Program-made: the position numbers and the translations under genes | The notes under the pieces: generated by a model | Seen by the model: only the letters and a program-made list of their open reading frames with translations | Told to the model about the DNA's origin: nothing | The model's database searches: none | Assembly (NCBI GenBank): GCA_964514565.1 | Contig: CAZERA010000001.1 | Coordinates: 496,001 to 552,079, forward strand | Direction: 5' to 3' | Origin: an uncultured Candidatus Peribacteria bacterium | GTDB lineage: Bacteria; Patescibacteriota; Gracilibacteria; RBG-16-42-10 | Length of the DNA stretch: 56,079 nt | Part shown: positions 1 to 9,954 of the stretch, piece after piece | Position numbering within the stretch: the stretch's first letter is position 1 | Layout of the letters: each line of letters starts with the position of its first letter

Positions 1-853
1 TAGAGTTTTCTAGATTGACTCCATGAATATATTTGTGAGGTGCTGCTTTTACTAAAGCGTCAAATTGTTTTTGGAGATTCTCGATTGTCGCCCTGTCGCC
101 CAAATCTAATTTAGCCATATAAGCTTCATACTCAGCCTGCGTATATTGTTTGTTGAGAATGCAATATTGCTTGTGTTGTTGATTGACGCAGAGCAGACAG
201 TCTTTGCAATCAATACAATTTTTGAGGAAAAAGCTGTCACGACAGTTGGTACAATCCTCACTAAAGAATAAATGGTAGCAACCAGTGGAAACCATTACTT
301 CATAACAAAGCTCGGAGGTTTGGAGATACGAACACTCCATACAGTTGCGAGAGTGCTTGAGCACATTGCAATAATAAGAGTCTTCGTTGAAATCAGCATC
401 AAAGGTCAAATAGCAGTTTTTGCTGTTGCCGGCGAAGTTGATATACGAACAATTGTTTTCTTCAGCATCGGGAGAAGAGACCAAGGCAGGTAGCGGTACC
501 TTTTTGAGCAACTCATCATATTGATCAAAAAAAGTACGACTAAAATCATAAGCTTGGCCAAACTGACTAGGATCATGGCTGCTATCCCACCAACAAGTCA
601 GACAGTAGACTTGATAAGGTTTGTCAGCGGCATAAATCGAAATAATCTCTTTGTGACAGTGCTGACACTGACGGTGGTAGAGTTTGCGTTCATTACGCCA
701 AGCATGGCGGCGTTGCTTGCGACAATCAGGACAAAGACTGGGAGGAGGGAGAAGCATCTTTTGCGTACCAATAGTTGGCGAAAGATTCTCCAGCTTCTGA
801 ATATCATCAGGTGTAATTTCAAATGAGGTTTTGCAGTGTGCACAAGTAGTCAT
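1..853 (-). CDS. Cys-rich zinc-ribbon/solenoid protein, paralog P1 (3' end outside window; absent from ORF track)
   Basis: Manual translation from ATG at 853: MTTCAHCKTSFEITPDD...LCPDCRKQRRHAWRNERKLYHRQCQHCHKEIISIY...VYCLTCWW...NSKNCYLTFD. The frame is open to the window edge and colinear with the six full-length paralogs. Confidence 0.93.
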   Translation of the reverse strand, partial: MTTCAHCKTSFEITPDDIQKLENLSPTIGTQKMLLPPPSLCPDCRKQRRHAWRNERKLYHRQCQHCHKEIISIYAADKPYQVYCLTCWWDSSHDPSQFGQAYDFSRTFFDQYDELLKKVPLPALVSSPDAEENNCSYINFAGNSKNCYLTFDADFNEDSYYCNVLKHSRNCMECSYLQTSELCYEVMVSTGCYHLFFSEDCTNCRDSFFLKNCIDCKDCLLCVNQQHKQYCILNKQYTQAEYEAYMAKLDLGDRATIENLQKQFDALVKAAPHKYIHGVNLENS

Positions 854-865
854 AGGTCTTTAATT

Positions 866-902
866 AATTTAAAATTTTAAATTGTAAATCTTGAATTTTA
901 AA
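866..902. repeat. AT-rich 7-bp tandem repeat tract
   Basis: aatttaa aatttta aattgta aatcttg aatttta, directly downstream of the P2 stop. Confidence 0.75.
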
Positions 903-2579
903 CTAAGTGGTTAGGTTTAAGTAACACGGCTCGCAGTAAATCTTTTCTGGTCTGTCTGGAGAGTATGTGGTTTGTAAGGCAGTTTGGCATTGGTTACAGT
1001 TTCTGGCATAGAGCTTTCTGCCATTTCTACTATTTACGCGGGATTGGTGGCGGCAGTTGAAGCATCTCTCTGGGGCTGGGATATTGAGGTTTCTGTAATA
1101 ACTTAGTTCTTGCTGAATCAATCGATAGTTTTTGCTACAGCTACTACAAGTTAGGATGTCTTTGGTGATGGTATCGCTAATATCTTTGATCTCTTTGGGT
1201 AAAGTGACCTTGGGGCCTTCATAACGATTGTGGCTAGCAATATCACGCCAAGCTAAGTGGTCATGCTCAATCTGTTCTTTGGACTGAGGATAATATTCTT
1301 GCGCTACTGTTTCGTTGTAGGCAAAAGGGGAGATCGTTGATGGGAAGAATTCACCCCACTCTTTGGTACCGATCATGTGCGTGATAATTTTGGGCACTAA
1401 AATTTCATACTGGTCTTTGGAATATTGTTTATTAAAGATGCAATACTGTTTGTTCCGCAGTCCGACACAGCCGAAACAATCCTGACATGACTGACAAAGA
1501 TCGCAGTAGATCAGACTGGTGCTACGTACCCAACAATTCATACTGAAAAGACAGTGGTAGACATTGGTGGCCACATTGGCTAGTTCATAGCCGAGCTGGC
1601 CATTGGTGCTATAAAAGGTCCAATCATAGGAGTCTTTGCAATCGACAATAAAGGAACTGTATTTACAGTTTTCTGCTTTGGAGATATCAAAACAGTTTTC
1701 TAAATTACGACTGTTTTGAATAAAGTCTCCTGTACAGTTTTCTGAGCTCAAGATATGTACTGCTTGGTGGGGAGATTGTAAGACGAGGGCTTGAAATTCT
1801 TCTTTGTATTGATCGATCTTTTGACAGAAGTTATTCAAGAACTCTGCTTTGAGTGCTTTGAATTCAGCTTCACTGTATTGTTTATTTTTGAAGCAAAAGC
1901 TTTTATTGCGCATGCCCATACACATGATCATGTCATGACAGCCAACACAGTCTTGAATGAAGTAAGAATCATAACAATTTGTCACACTTTTTCCCCAAAG
2001 TACGCGGTAGCATTTATGAGCATCGGCTACTTCGTAGCAAAGTTCACTGTTGTAGGTAAACAAAAAATCGACACAGTCTTTATTACTTAAAGCATAAACT
2101 CCGTAGTAACAATCTTGATTTTCGTCTGCTGTATGAATCAAATAACAATTTTTGTTGTAGCCGGCAAAACTAGTAAAGTCCGAGTTTTCATTTTGCATGG
2201 TATTGAGCGACATGCGTGGCACATCTCGCATGAGCTCTTGAAATTGAACAAAAAAAGGGCGATTGAAATCAAAGTCTCTACCATAGTCTAATGCATCCCA
2301 TTGGTCAGACCACCACAGTGAAGTTTCATATACTTTGGAAGTAGAATCCGGAGCATACAAAGAAATAATTTGTTTCTGGCTCAAATCACAATGACGATTG
2401 TAAAGCTGACGTTCATTGCGAAAACTCATTCGCCGTTGTTCTCGACAAGGAGGACATAGTGTCGGAGTGGGGATAGGGAATTTCTGACCAGCTACGATCG
2501 GACTAACTTTGTCATAAAAGTTTAGATCTTCATCAGTAACAGTGAATTGTTGTTGGCAATGTGGGCAGACTTTGTTCAT
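903..2579 (-). CDS. Cys-rich zinc-ribbon/solenoid protein, paralog P2
   Basis: Start moved to ATG 2579 (MNKVCPHC) by alignment with paralogs. N- and C-terminal CxxC modules, two central Cys/Asn/Ser repeat blocks each ending C.GL.NK.(F/Y)C..NKQYS, and a C-terminal CxxC-x17-CxxC. Confidence 0.92.
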   Translation of the reverse strand: MNKVCPHCQQQFTVTDEDLNFYDKVSPIVAGQKFPIPTPTLCPPCREQRRMSFRNERQLYNRHCDLSQKQIISLYAPDSTSKVYETSLWWSDQWDALDYGRDFDFNRPFFVQFQELMRDVPRMSLNTMQNENSDFTSFAGYNKNCYLIHTADENQDCYYGVYALSNKDCVDFLFTYNSELCYEVADAHKCYRVLWGKSVTNCYDSYFIQDCVGCHDMIMCMGMRNKSFCFKNKQYSEAEFKALKAEFLNNFCQKIDQYKEEFQALVLQSPHQAVHILSSENCTGDFIQNSRNLENCFDISKAENCKYSSFIVDCKDSYDWTFYSTNGQLGYELANVATNVYHCLFSMNCWVRSTSLIYCDLCQSCQDCFGCVGLRNKQYCIFNKQYSKDQYEILVPKIITHMIGTKEWGEFFPSTISPFAYNETVAQEYYPQSKEQIEHDHLAWRDIASHNRYEGPKVTLPKEIKDISDTITKDILTCSSCSKNYRLIQQELSYYRNLNIPAPERCFNCRHQSRVNSRNGRKLYARNCNQCQTALQTTYSPDRPEKIYCEPCYLNLTT

Positions 2580-2688
2580 AGTTTTGTACAATATCGCAAA
2601 GGGATTGTGGCACACGAAAAGAGCAGTTCACGCTTGGCAGATACACATGGTGCTTGCCATAAGGTGAAATTGTTTTCTAACTGTCGAT

Positions 2689-2716
2689 AGTGTAGCAGAT
2701 TGTGAACGAGTGTAAA
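2689..2716 (-). promoter_or_regulatory. sigma70-type promoter for P2
   Basis: Minus strand TTTACA-N16-TACACT with extended TG, implying a ~100-nt leader. Confidence 0.55.
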
Positions 2717-2854
2717 CGCTCTATGCTAATTTGTGGGAGGGTGATCAAGCATTCGATGGCTTAGCTCAATCATAATTACTAGCAGTAAAATCTGTAGAAA
2801 CATTTTTACAACAGGCTGTATTCTGATCAATCTTTGTTTCCAATCACTGATTTT

Positions 2855-2896
2855 AGTTTTAAATTTAAAATCTAGAATTTAAAATTCTAAATTAAC
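2855..2896. repeat. AT-rich 7-bp tandem repeat tract
   Basis: agtttta aatttaa aatctag aatttaa aattcta aattaac, just downstream of the P3 stop. Confidence 0.75.
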
Positions 2897-2908
2897 TTCT
2901 CAGTCTGG

Positions 2909-4564
2909 TTAGTGATTGAGTGACTGGTAGCAGGTTTCACAAAGTACTCGTACTTCCTTGGGGTTGTACACTGTCATGACTGCTTGGTGACACTGAGTGC
3001 ATTGCTGTGGCTTAGCTTCCATGACTGTAAGACTACTTTGAATCTTTTCTAGGCGCGCAATTGGGGAAACTGTGGGAATTGGAATGCCCATTCGGCGATA
3101 AGCTTGGAGCTCTTGTTTGATGATTTTATATTTCTTACCGGTCACCCGACATTTGATGACAGAATCTACAATGTCATCTTTTACGTCCAAAATATTGTCT
3201 GGAATCTGGTAGGTTTGTTCAAAAGGTTCGACTAGATCTTCTTTCCAGGTAAAGCCTAACTCTTGAGCATTTTCTTTGGAGGTTGGAATGAATACTTGTG
3301 CCTCTGAACGGTTGTAATCCATCGGCGCCATTTCGGCCGGAAAGAACTGACCATATTCGCCAGCTATTTTCATTTGGTCTTTTATCTTTGCTACTAAAGC
3401 GAAGTATTCTTCTTTGGAATATTGTTTGTTGAGAATACAATACTGTTTACGTTTGAGGCCGACACAACCAAAACAATCAGTCGAGCCAAAACCGACAAAC
3501 ATGCAGTATTCTAGGTCGCGAATGTTGGTGTAGCAGTCGTAGCAAAACTTGATGTTGTAGGCATTGTCTCCGACAGCTGAACTGTAGTATAGATTTTCAC
3601 CATTTTGACCAAAGCCATCACAGACAAAGGCATTACGAGTTTGATAAATCATTTGAATCGACCACTCGATATTTTCTGCATCAGAAGCAAATAAAGAGTT
3701 GTGGCAGTTCTTGGTATGATTGAGATAATTGCCATCAGCGTTCTCATTACTTTTGCCTTGCATGAAACGGACTGCCGCATTTTTCTTGAGCTTCTGAAAT
3801 GTAGCGCGTTCAGTATCTAAAGTAGTACGGCTACCTAGATCAATAGCAGCGACGCTCTCTTCATATGCTTCTTTGCTCAAAGGTTCGTTGCGGAAATAAT
3901 ATTCTTTGTTGTTTAAATTGCTGCTGCCATAGCAGTGCTTGCAGTTGTGGCAGTCGTATAGGAATGAACTGTCACTACAGTTTGAGCAGTTTTCCCCGTA
4001 GCGCACATTATAACAATTATTGATTTGAATGCAGCCGAAACACAATTCACAATTGGTGGTATAGACTGAGTCAATAATATCTTTGCTGTCGATCACAGTT
4101 CTAGAAAAAAGCACATCTTCGCCATTGATGACACCAAAAGATAAGTAGCAGTTTTTTACATTGAGTACGCCATTGGTGTAGTCGCTATTCTCCATCGTAG
4201 AGCGAATACATTCCAAGCTCGGCAATGGGGCTTTCTTGAGCAGCTCTTCCATCTGTTCAAAAAATGAACGTGCAGGATCATACTTCTGGCCAAAGCTGAG
4301 TGGATCCCAATCGTCGCTCATCCAAGTATCGATGTCATAAACAACTAATCCTTTGTGGGGTGGAATAAAGGTCAAAATATCTTTGCCAGTCAATGCACAT
4401 GTGGTTGGATACAAAAAAATGCTACTCAAGAATGCACAAACCCGTCTGAGTCTTTCCAGTGGAGCTATCGTCGGTAGAGGAATGCCTTGTTCCGCACAAA
4501 AGCTTCCCTCTAGATCGGTAATAGTGAAGTTTTGACCAGTGAGCGTGCAGATTCTTTGCTGCAT
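2909..4564 (-). CDS. Cys-rich protein, paralog P3 (subtype with degenerate Zn sites)
   Basis: 551-aa ORF with the same architecture. Terminal motifs are CTLT, CALT and CRVT, with only the last CTQC/CETC site intact. Most similar to P6. Confidence 0.92.
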   Translation of the reverse strand: MQQRICTLTGQNFTITDLEGSFCAEQGIPLPTIAPLERLRRVCAFLSSIFLYPTTCALTGKDILTFIPPHKGLVVYDIDTWMSDDWDPLSFGQKYDPARSFFEQMEELLKKAPLPSLECIRSTMENSDYTNGVLNVKNCYLSFGVINGEDVLFSRTVIDSKDIIDSVYTTNCELCFGCIQINNCYNVRYGENCSNCSDSSFLYDCHNCKHCYGSSNLNNKEYYFRNEPLSKEAYEESVAAIDLGSRTTLDTERATFQKLKKNAAVRFMQGKSNENADGNYLNHTKNCHNSLFASDAENIEWSIQMIYQTRNAFVCDGFGQNGENLYYSSAVGDNAYNIKFCYDCYTNIRDLEYCMFVGFGSTDCFGCVGLKRKQYCILNKQYSKEEYFALVAKIKDQMKIAGEYGQFFPAEMAPMDYNRSEAQVFIPTSKENAQELGFTWKEDLVEPFEQTYQIPDNILDVKDDIVDSVIKCRVTGKKYKIIKQELQAYRRMGIPIPTVSPIARLEKIQSSLTVMEAKPQQCTQCHQAVMTVYNPKEVRVLCETCYQSLNH

Positions 4565-4576
4565 AGAAAAAACTGA

Positions 4577-4933
4577 TTACTTCTTGAGGTCCCCGATATA
4601 AAAGCTTGCAAGAAGTGTCCGAGTTTCAGGCTGATGAGGTGTACCTTCTCCTGGGCGATCTTCAAATAAAGTAGTAGCGTCTTTGCCACAGCCTTGAGTA
4701 ATCACTGGACCACCTGGATGTTGACCTGCCTTAATGAAATCAGTCACATTGTATACTTTGTCGTGAATCACCATCCAACAATCAGTAGCTTGGTTATGAG
4801 CTGTCACGTCACTCATTGTATATGCTGTACCTGTAGGAGCTGGTGTTACGGTAGTAGTTGGTGTGCTGACTGTAGCTTCTCCACATGCAGTCAGTAGACT
4901 TGCGAAGGTGACGAGTAATGCTAATTTTTTCAT
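4577..4933 (-). CDS. cytochrome b5-like heme/steroid-binding domain lipoprotein
   Basis: Lipobox LLTAC, Thr/Pro linker, then YTMSDVTAHN..DCWMVIHDKVYNVTDF...HPGG.VI...CGKDAT..F...H...YIGDL, the classic cytochrome b5 signature with two His. Confidence 0.92.
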   Translation of the reverse strand: MKKLALLVTFASLLTACGEATVSTPTTTVTPAPTGTAYTMSDVTAHNQATDCWMVIHDKVYNVTDFIKAGQHPGGPVITQGCGKDATTLFEDRPGEGTPHQPETRTLLASFYIGDLKK

Positions 4934-5008
4934 AAAGATGGTTATTAAACAGAGATATCATAGACCTAAATGTACTAGATGTGTAATAAGATTCTGGATA
5001 AACGATAG

Positions 5009-6703
5009 CTAAAGGATTGCTTCAGCGTAACATTTCTCACACAGTACTCTTTCGCTTCGCTCAGGCGCATAAACACTTTGTACAGCTGCCTGACATTGGC
5101 AGCAGTTTCTGGCCCAGAGATGTCTAGGTGGGCGTAGCTTTTGTCTGTCAGTATGTCTTTGGTCAGGATGGCGGTGTGGAATGGGGATACCTTGGCGACG
5201 ATAGTAGGCGAGCTCTGGTTTGATGATGCGAAATAATCTACCTGTGACTTCACAAGCGATAGCAGTATCGAGAATATCATCTGTAACTTGGTTGATGTCA
5301 TCAGTAATTTCTGCTGCTGGGACTACTTGTTTTACAGCTGGCCGAGGCGCTTCGTAATCACTCCAATGAAATCCTTGTGCTAGTGCTTGTTCTTTGGTCA
5401 AAGGGAAAAACTCTTGAGCGACAGTTTCATTGTAGCCAAAAGGCGAGAGCCAAGGAGGAAAGAATTCTGCCCATTCACCCAGTGCTATCATTTGTTCAAT
5501 AATGCGGGGAACAAGCTGTTCGTATTCTTCTTTTGAGTATTGGGTATTGAGGATGCAGTACTCTTTGTGTTTGAGCCCTACACAACCAAACAGATTGCTA
5601 CTGCCTTGCCAACAGAACGCTGAGTGGTAGATATCGTGACTATCGAAACAGGTGTAGTAGTTCCCAATCATTTGCTGACATCCAAGACCAATCATGGCTG
5701 CATTGTATGCTAGTGATGTCGTGTTGCCCCATATGTCGATGTCATAGCAGTCGGTAGCGTCGAGGAGCATGTTGGTACAGAAACGGCAGTCGCGCAGGTC
5801 ATTGCAGTCAAAACAGTCAGCGGTATTTTGGCAATTATTGATATTGTTACCTGTACTGTTCTCATTCATTCTGCCTCTGAATGCTTTTTTAGGTTGCTGG
5901 GCAAAAAATTGTTCTGCTTTTTGTTTGAAATCTTGAAGGTGTTGGTAGCTATTTAGTTGTAGACCTTTGAGAATTTGTTCGTATTCTGATGGTGAGTATG
6001 GTCTGTTAAATATGTAATACTCTTTTTGTTGCAGGTTTGAACAGCCAATACAATGTTTGCAGCCGATACAATCAATCAAGAAAAAAGAGTCACTACAGTT
6101 TTCACTAAAGCGGCTGTATTTGAGGTTGTAGCAATTAGTACAGTTGATGGTTTCGTAGTTGAGTTCACAGCTTTTGATACAGAGAAAGTCTGTACAGTCT
6201 TGGATAGTGTGAAACGTCTCGCCATAAAAAGAATCTTTGCTTTGTTCTCCATCAAAAATCAGGTAGCTATTCACACATTTGAGCACATCATTGGTGTAGT
6301 CACTGTTGATACCGTCTCCCCAGACAATTAAGCCAAGCTTGGGAACGGCTTTCCATAGATCATTCCATTGTTCGAAAAAGGATTTTGAAAAATCATAAGG
6401 TTTACCATAATTGATGGGATCCCAGTTATCATTCCACCAACAGCTATTACAATAAACTAAAGTATCTTTGTTGGGTGAATAGATAGAAATAACTGCTTTC
6501 TGACAGGCAGCACAAGTGCGGTTGTATACTTTTCTTTCATTACGAAAAGCCTGACGGCGTTGTTGGCGACAATCAGGGCAAAGCTTTGGAGCTGCTACTG
6601 GATACTTTTTACCACCAAAAACAGGTGACACTTTGTCGTAGAATGCCAAGTCACGGTCTTCAATGGCAAAGCTTTGCTGACATTTACTACAACTATGATT
6701 CAT
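5009..6703 (-). CDS. Cys-rich protein, paralog P4
   Basis: Start moved to ATG 6703 (MNHSCSKC). Same architecture as P2. Confidence 0.92.
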   Translation of the reverse strand: MNHSCSKCQQSFAIEDRDLAFYDKVSPVFGGKKYPVAAPKLCPDCRQQRRQAFRNERKVYNRTCAACQKAVISIYSPNKDTLVYCNSCWWNDNWDPINYGKPYDFSKSFFEQWNDLWKAVPKLGLIVWGDGINSDYTNDVLKCVNSYLIFDGEQSKDSFYGETFHTIQDCTDFLCIKSCELNYETINCTNCYNLKYSRFSENCSDSFFLIDCIGCKHCIGCSNLQQKEYYIFNRPYSPSEYEQILKGLQLNSYQHLQDFKQKAEQFFAQQPKKAFRGRMNENSTGNNINNCQNTADCFDCNDLRDCRFCTNMLLDATDCYDIDIWGNTTSLAYNAAMIGLGCQQMIGNYYTCFDSHDIYHSAFCWQGSSNLFGCVGLKHKEYCILNTQYSKEEYEQLVPRIIEQMIALGEWAEFFPPWLSPFGYNETVAQEFFPLTKEQALAQGFHWSDYEAPRPAVKQVVPAAEITDDINQVTDDILDTAIACEVTGRLFRIIKPELAYYRRQGIPIPHRHPDQRHTDRQKLRPPRHLWARNCCQCQAAVQSVYAPERSERVLCEKCYAEAIL

Positions 6704-6723
6704 AGCAATAATTACTTGAAACA

Positions 6724-6752
6724 ATAGTAGACAAAGGCCAGACAAATGGAAA
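6724..6752 (-). promoter_or_regulatory. putative sigma70 promoter for P4
   Basis: TTTCCA-N17-TACTAT, with the -10 about 21 bp from the ATG. Confidence 0.4.
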
Positions 6753-6777
6753 GTTCGGTGGACTTAAGTAAACAGCA

Positions 6778-8406
6778 TTAAGCTCTTATTTCTGCTTGAT
6801 AACACTTTGTGCAAAAAATAGTTTCTGGTCGATCTGGTGCATATGGAGAGGCTAGCTCTACTTGGCATTTTTGGCATTGGCGAGGGTAGAGCTTTCTTGG
6901 TAGTAAGCTTGCTACGCGATTTTTTTGTCTACATATGAAGCAATATCTAGGAAGGGTGAGCTGATGGCTTCTATAAAATTCCAGCTCTTGAGCTAAGATT
7001 TTATAGGATTTGGCACATGAGTTACATGCCAAAGGTGATTCAGTAATAGTATCTGAAACATCGTCGATAGCGTCGGGTAGATTGGATCCCTGACTAATAG
7101 GCATGCCAGCTTGATTATCCGGAGATTGCTCGATCTGTATATTAGGAAAGAGACTGATTGAGGTAGGGAAGAATTCACTCCATTCACCAGTTTTTTGCAT
7201 GTGTGCGATCAATTGCGGGACCAAGCTTTCATATGCTTCTTTGCTATATTGTTTGTTGAAAATACAATACTGCTTGCGTCTTAGTCCAATGCAGCCAAAA
7301 CAATTGTTGGAATAAAAACAGTGATCGGAGTAATACATCTCATAACAATTCCAACACGTAGTAGAAAACAACATGCGATAACCAAACCAGCAGTCTTGCA
7401 CTTCGTAGAGCAACTCAGAGTTTTGATAGCCACAGTAGTTGCCATCATACGAATCTTTTAGTTGTCCACCGTCCGAAATATATTTACAGTCCTGAGCCTG
7501 GTTGATGTGATAGCAGTCGTAGCAATTTTTACACCTGTCCAGAAAATCTCCAGTGCAGTCTTCACTATAGCTAATCGTGGCATAGCGATGGGGCAGGGTA
7601 GCAAAGAAATCGTTTACTTTTTGTTTCAGGATTTGAAGGCCTTGGTGTGAGGATTTTTGTAGCAATAAAGCGGCCATTATTTTTTTGTATTCTTCAGCTG
7701 AATAAGCTTGATTGAAAATGTAGTACTGCTTGTGAGCAAGACCAAAGCAGCCAAAACAATCATGGCAGTCATCACAGTAGTAGCAAAAATAGCAGTCACT
7801 AAGTGCATTGGAATATAAACAAAACTGACTATTGTAGGAGGTGAGACAGGCGAGCAGCTCGTAGCTCAACTCACAACTAGCGGACCAGTACATATCTAAA
7901 CAATTGCGGCAGTCATCGATCGAGTCTGAATAGTAGCAGTCTTGATTGCCATCAGCATTGAAAATTAAGTAGCAATTTTTGTTGTGTGAAGCATAGTTAA
8001 TATATTCACTATTTTCAGCATTGCGATTGATGAGCGCTAGTCTCGGCACTGAGGTTCTGAGCTGGGCAAATTGGCTGAAAAATGTTTGCGCAAAGTCATA
8101 GGGGACACCAAAATCGCTAGCATCCCATTTGTCCGACCACCAACACTCTTTGCAATAAACTGGATACTCAGTATCCGTAGGATAAATGGCAATAATCGAC
8201 TTGTGACATAATGAACAAGCTCGATTGTACAAAGAGTAATCATTGCGAGTAGCCAGTCTTCGTTTTTCTCGACAGCTTGGGCAATGAGTCGGAGGTAGTA
8301 CGGCAATTGTTTGTCCGGAAATAGTTGGCGATACCTTTCGATAAAAATCAGTATCGTGCTCAGTAACTTCAAATGATTCTTGGCATTGCAAACAATCGCG
8401 CATCAT
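6778..8406 (-). CDS. Cys-rich protein, paralog P5
   Basis: 542 aa, 42 Cys by hand count, and all eight terminal CxxC pairs intact. Confidence 0.92.
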   Translation of the reverse strand: MMRDCLQCQESFEVTEHDTDFYRKVSPTISGQTIAVLPPTHCPSCREKRRLATRNDYSLYNRACSLCHKSIIAIYPTDTEYPVYCKECWWSDKWDASDFGVPYDFAQTFFSQFAQLRTSVPRLALINRNAENSEYINYASHNKNCYLIFNADGNQDCYYSDSIDDCRNCLDMYWSASCELSYELLACLTSYNSQFCLYSNALSDCYFCYYCDDCHDCFGCFGLAHKQYYIFNQAYSAEEYKKIMAALLLQKSSHQGLQILKQKVNDFFATLPHRYATISYSEDCTGDFLDRCKNCYDCYHINQAQDCKYISDGGQLKDSYDGNYCGYQNSELLYEVQDCWFGYRMLFSTTCWNCYEMYYSDHCFYSNNCFGCIGLRRKQYCIFNKQYSKEAYESLVPQLIAHMQKTGEWSEFFPTSISLFPNIQIEQSPDNQAGMPISQGSNLPDAIDDVSDTITESPLACNSCAKSYKILAQELEFYRSHQLTLPRYCFICRQKNRVASLLPRKLYPRQCQKCQVELASPYAPDRPETIFCTKCYQAEIRA

Positions 8407-8429
8407 ACTGGACAGCTAGAATTACTGGC

Positions 8430-8457
8430 AGTATATGATGCTGCTCGCATAATGCAA
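8430..8457 (-). promoter_or_regulatory. putative sigma70 promoter for P5
   Basis: TTGCAT-N16-TATACT, with the -10 about 24 bp from the ATG. Confidence 0.55.
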
Positions 8458-8489
8458 AGTGACAATACTATTCAACTACCCGTCGACCA

Positions 8490-9860
8490 TTACTCCGCAA
8501 TCGTTATGCGATGGTACAGCTTTTGATTGCGAGTAATGGTCGCAATGTCAGTAACAATCACAACACTGATTGGCCCATATATCCTGGTAGAGTCTCCAGC
8601 AGTATTCGTTTCTCGAGCGCTGACGTGAAAGTCATCACAACGTCCATTGTCAGTCCAACTAATAGTGACTCCTCCTCGATTGGGTATATTGCCAATTACC
8701 CAGTGAGCCCGTCTGATTTGATCTACTATTGGTCTGCGTAAACCGTAAGCTAGGGGGATTGCATCAGCAGGATCTGCTAAGCAGTGACTTAGTTCATTGG
8801 TACGGGCTAAAAGTGCCCTTCGTACAGCCTCTTCTAAAGGTGAGTGTGTTTGGTCTGTAGCTAAGAATGGGCTAGAACTATAAATGAGAGTTGGTAACGA
8901 TCTAGTGGCAACAGGAGATCTCTGTGGTTGTGTTGGTGTAACGATCGGAAGAGTAGGCCGTGGTTGTGGAGTTATAGGATTTACTTGTCTTGTGTTGGTA
9001 CTTGTTTCAGCAGCGATTTGTGTTGCTCTGCGAGTGAAACCAATCCCTGCGCCAATGATAGCAACTGTTCCGAGTACTAATGCTAATAAACCAGCGTCTT
9101 TACGTGCAGGTATAGTTGATAATGTGCTTGGAGCATCTGATTCGGCAGCAATAAATCTACCCAAATCGGTTGGTAGAGCTCCTGGAGATGGCAATGGTCT
9201 TTCCGTGTCAAAAACTGGTTCTAATTGCGCCTCTATTGGCGAAGCTGGGGCTGGGTTGTTGCCCTTTTTCGTAAATCCCCCGGCCTGAGCAATCTCTTGT
9301 CTAACATTTGCTTCTGTTGCCGCATGAATAATTGAAAGACAAGCTGCAATTTGATTGAGCTTGGCACTAATTAAGTCTAAAGGTAACCAATTGTCATTGA
9401 AGTCACCAAGCAAAAGACTGGCATGAAAAGAAAGGCTAGTTGCTACATGATCTGATGGTGATTGCTCTTCAGTAATTTGATCTCTAATAGTGCTTAAAAT
9501 CACCTCAATGAATTTGTGGGGATCTAAGGTCATAATGTGGTTGAATGCCTCTATGGCTAGTTCGCGGTCACCAATTTCATTGATGGTCGTGTCAGGCAAA
9601 GAACGAATGTGGAGTTCAATTGCCTTGATGATATCTCTACAGTATTTTGCTGCTAAGGTCTTTGTCTTCGCTACTTTAGTTTTGATGTCAGAAGCGTCTA
9701 CATCTTGGCTAATTACAGCTAATGTCGCCCCCAAAAAAGCTTGACCTGCTTTTATTGTGTTTAGCACTCCGCGCTTTTCAGCTGTTTTCGTCCTGATTCT
9801 GATATCCAGATCGGTGAAGCTAACAATAGCTGATGTTTCAGTTGGTGAGTCAATAGACAT
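8490..9860 (-). CDS. hypothetical single-pass membrane protein
   Basis: 456-aa ORF: helical N-terminus, hydrophobic segment AGLLALVLGTVAIIGAGIGF, Pro/Thr-rich linker, and a C-terminal domain with two Cys. Confidence 0.75.
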   Translation of the reverse strand: MSIDSPTETSAIVSFTDLDIRIRTKTAEKRGVLNTIKAGQAFLGATLAVISQDVDASDIKTKVAKTKTLAAKYCRDIIKAIELHIRSLPDTTINEIGDRELAIEAFNHIMTLDPHKFIEVILSTIRDQITEEQSPSDHVATSLSFHASLLLGDFNDNWLPLDLISAKLNQIAACLSIIHAATEANVRQEIAQAGGFTKKGNNPAPASPIEAQLEPVFDTERPLPSPGALPTDLGRFIAAESDAPSTLSTIPARKDAGLLALVLGTVAIIGAGIGFTRRATQIAAETSTNTRQVNPITPQPRPTLPIVTPTQPQRSPVATRSLPTLIYSSSPFLATDQTHSPLEEAVRRALLARTNELSHCLADPADAIPLAYGLRRPIVDQIRRAHWVIGNIPNRGGVTISWTDNGRCDDFHVSARETNTAGDSTRIYGPISVVIVTDIATITRNQKLYHRITIAE

Positions 9861-9954
9861 AAGAAAATTGCTTGTTGATCAAAAGAGCTCACAATCTAAA
9901 ACAAACCGAGCATTTTGTCTATGAATGTCGCCAATTGGACAAAGAAAGCTGTTG

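Noticed and set aside
272..843. ORF-track calls 272..493+, 521..826+ and 598..843-
   Set aside because: They are shadows of the real minus-strand gene starting at 853 (P1). Most other short overlapping ORFs in the track are likewise antisense or off-frame shadows.
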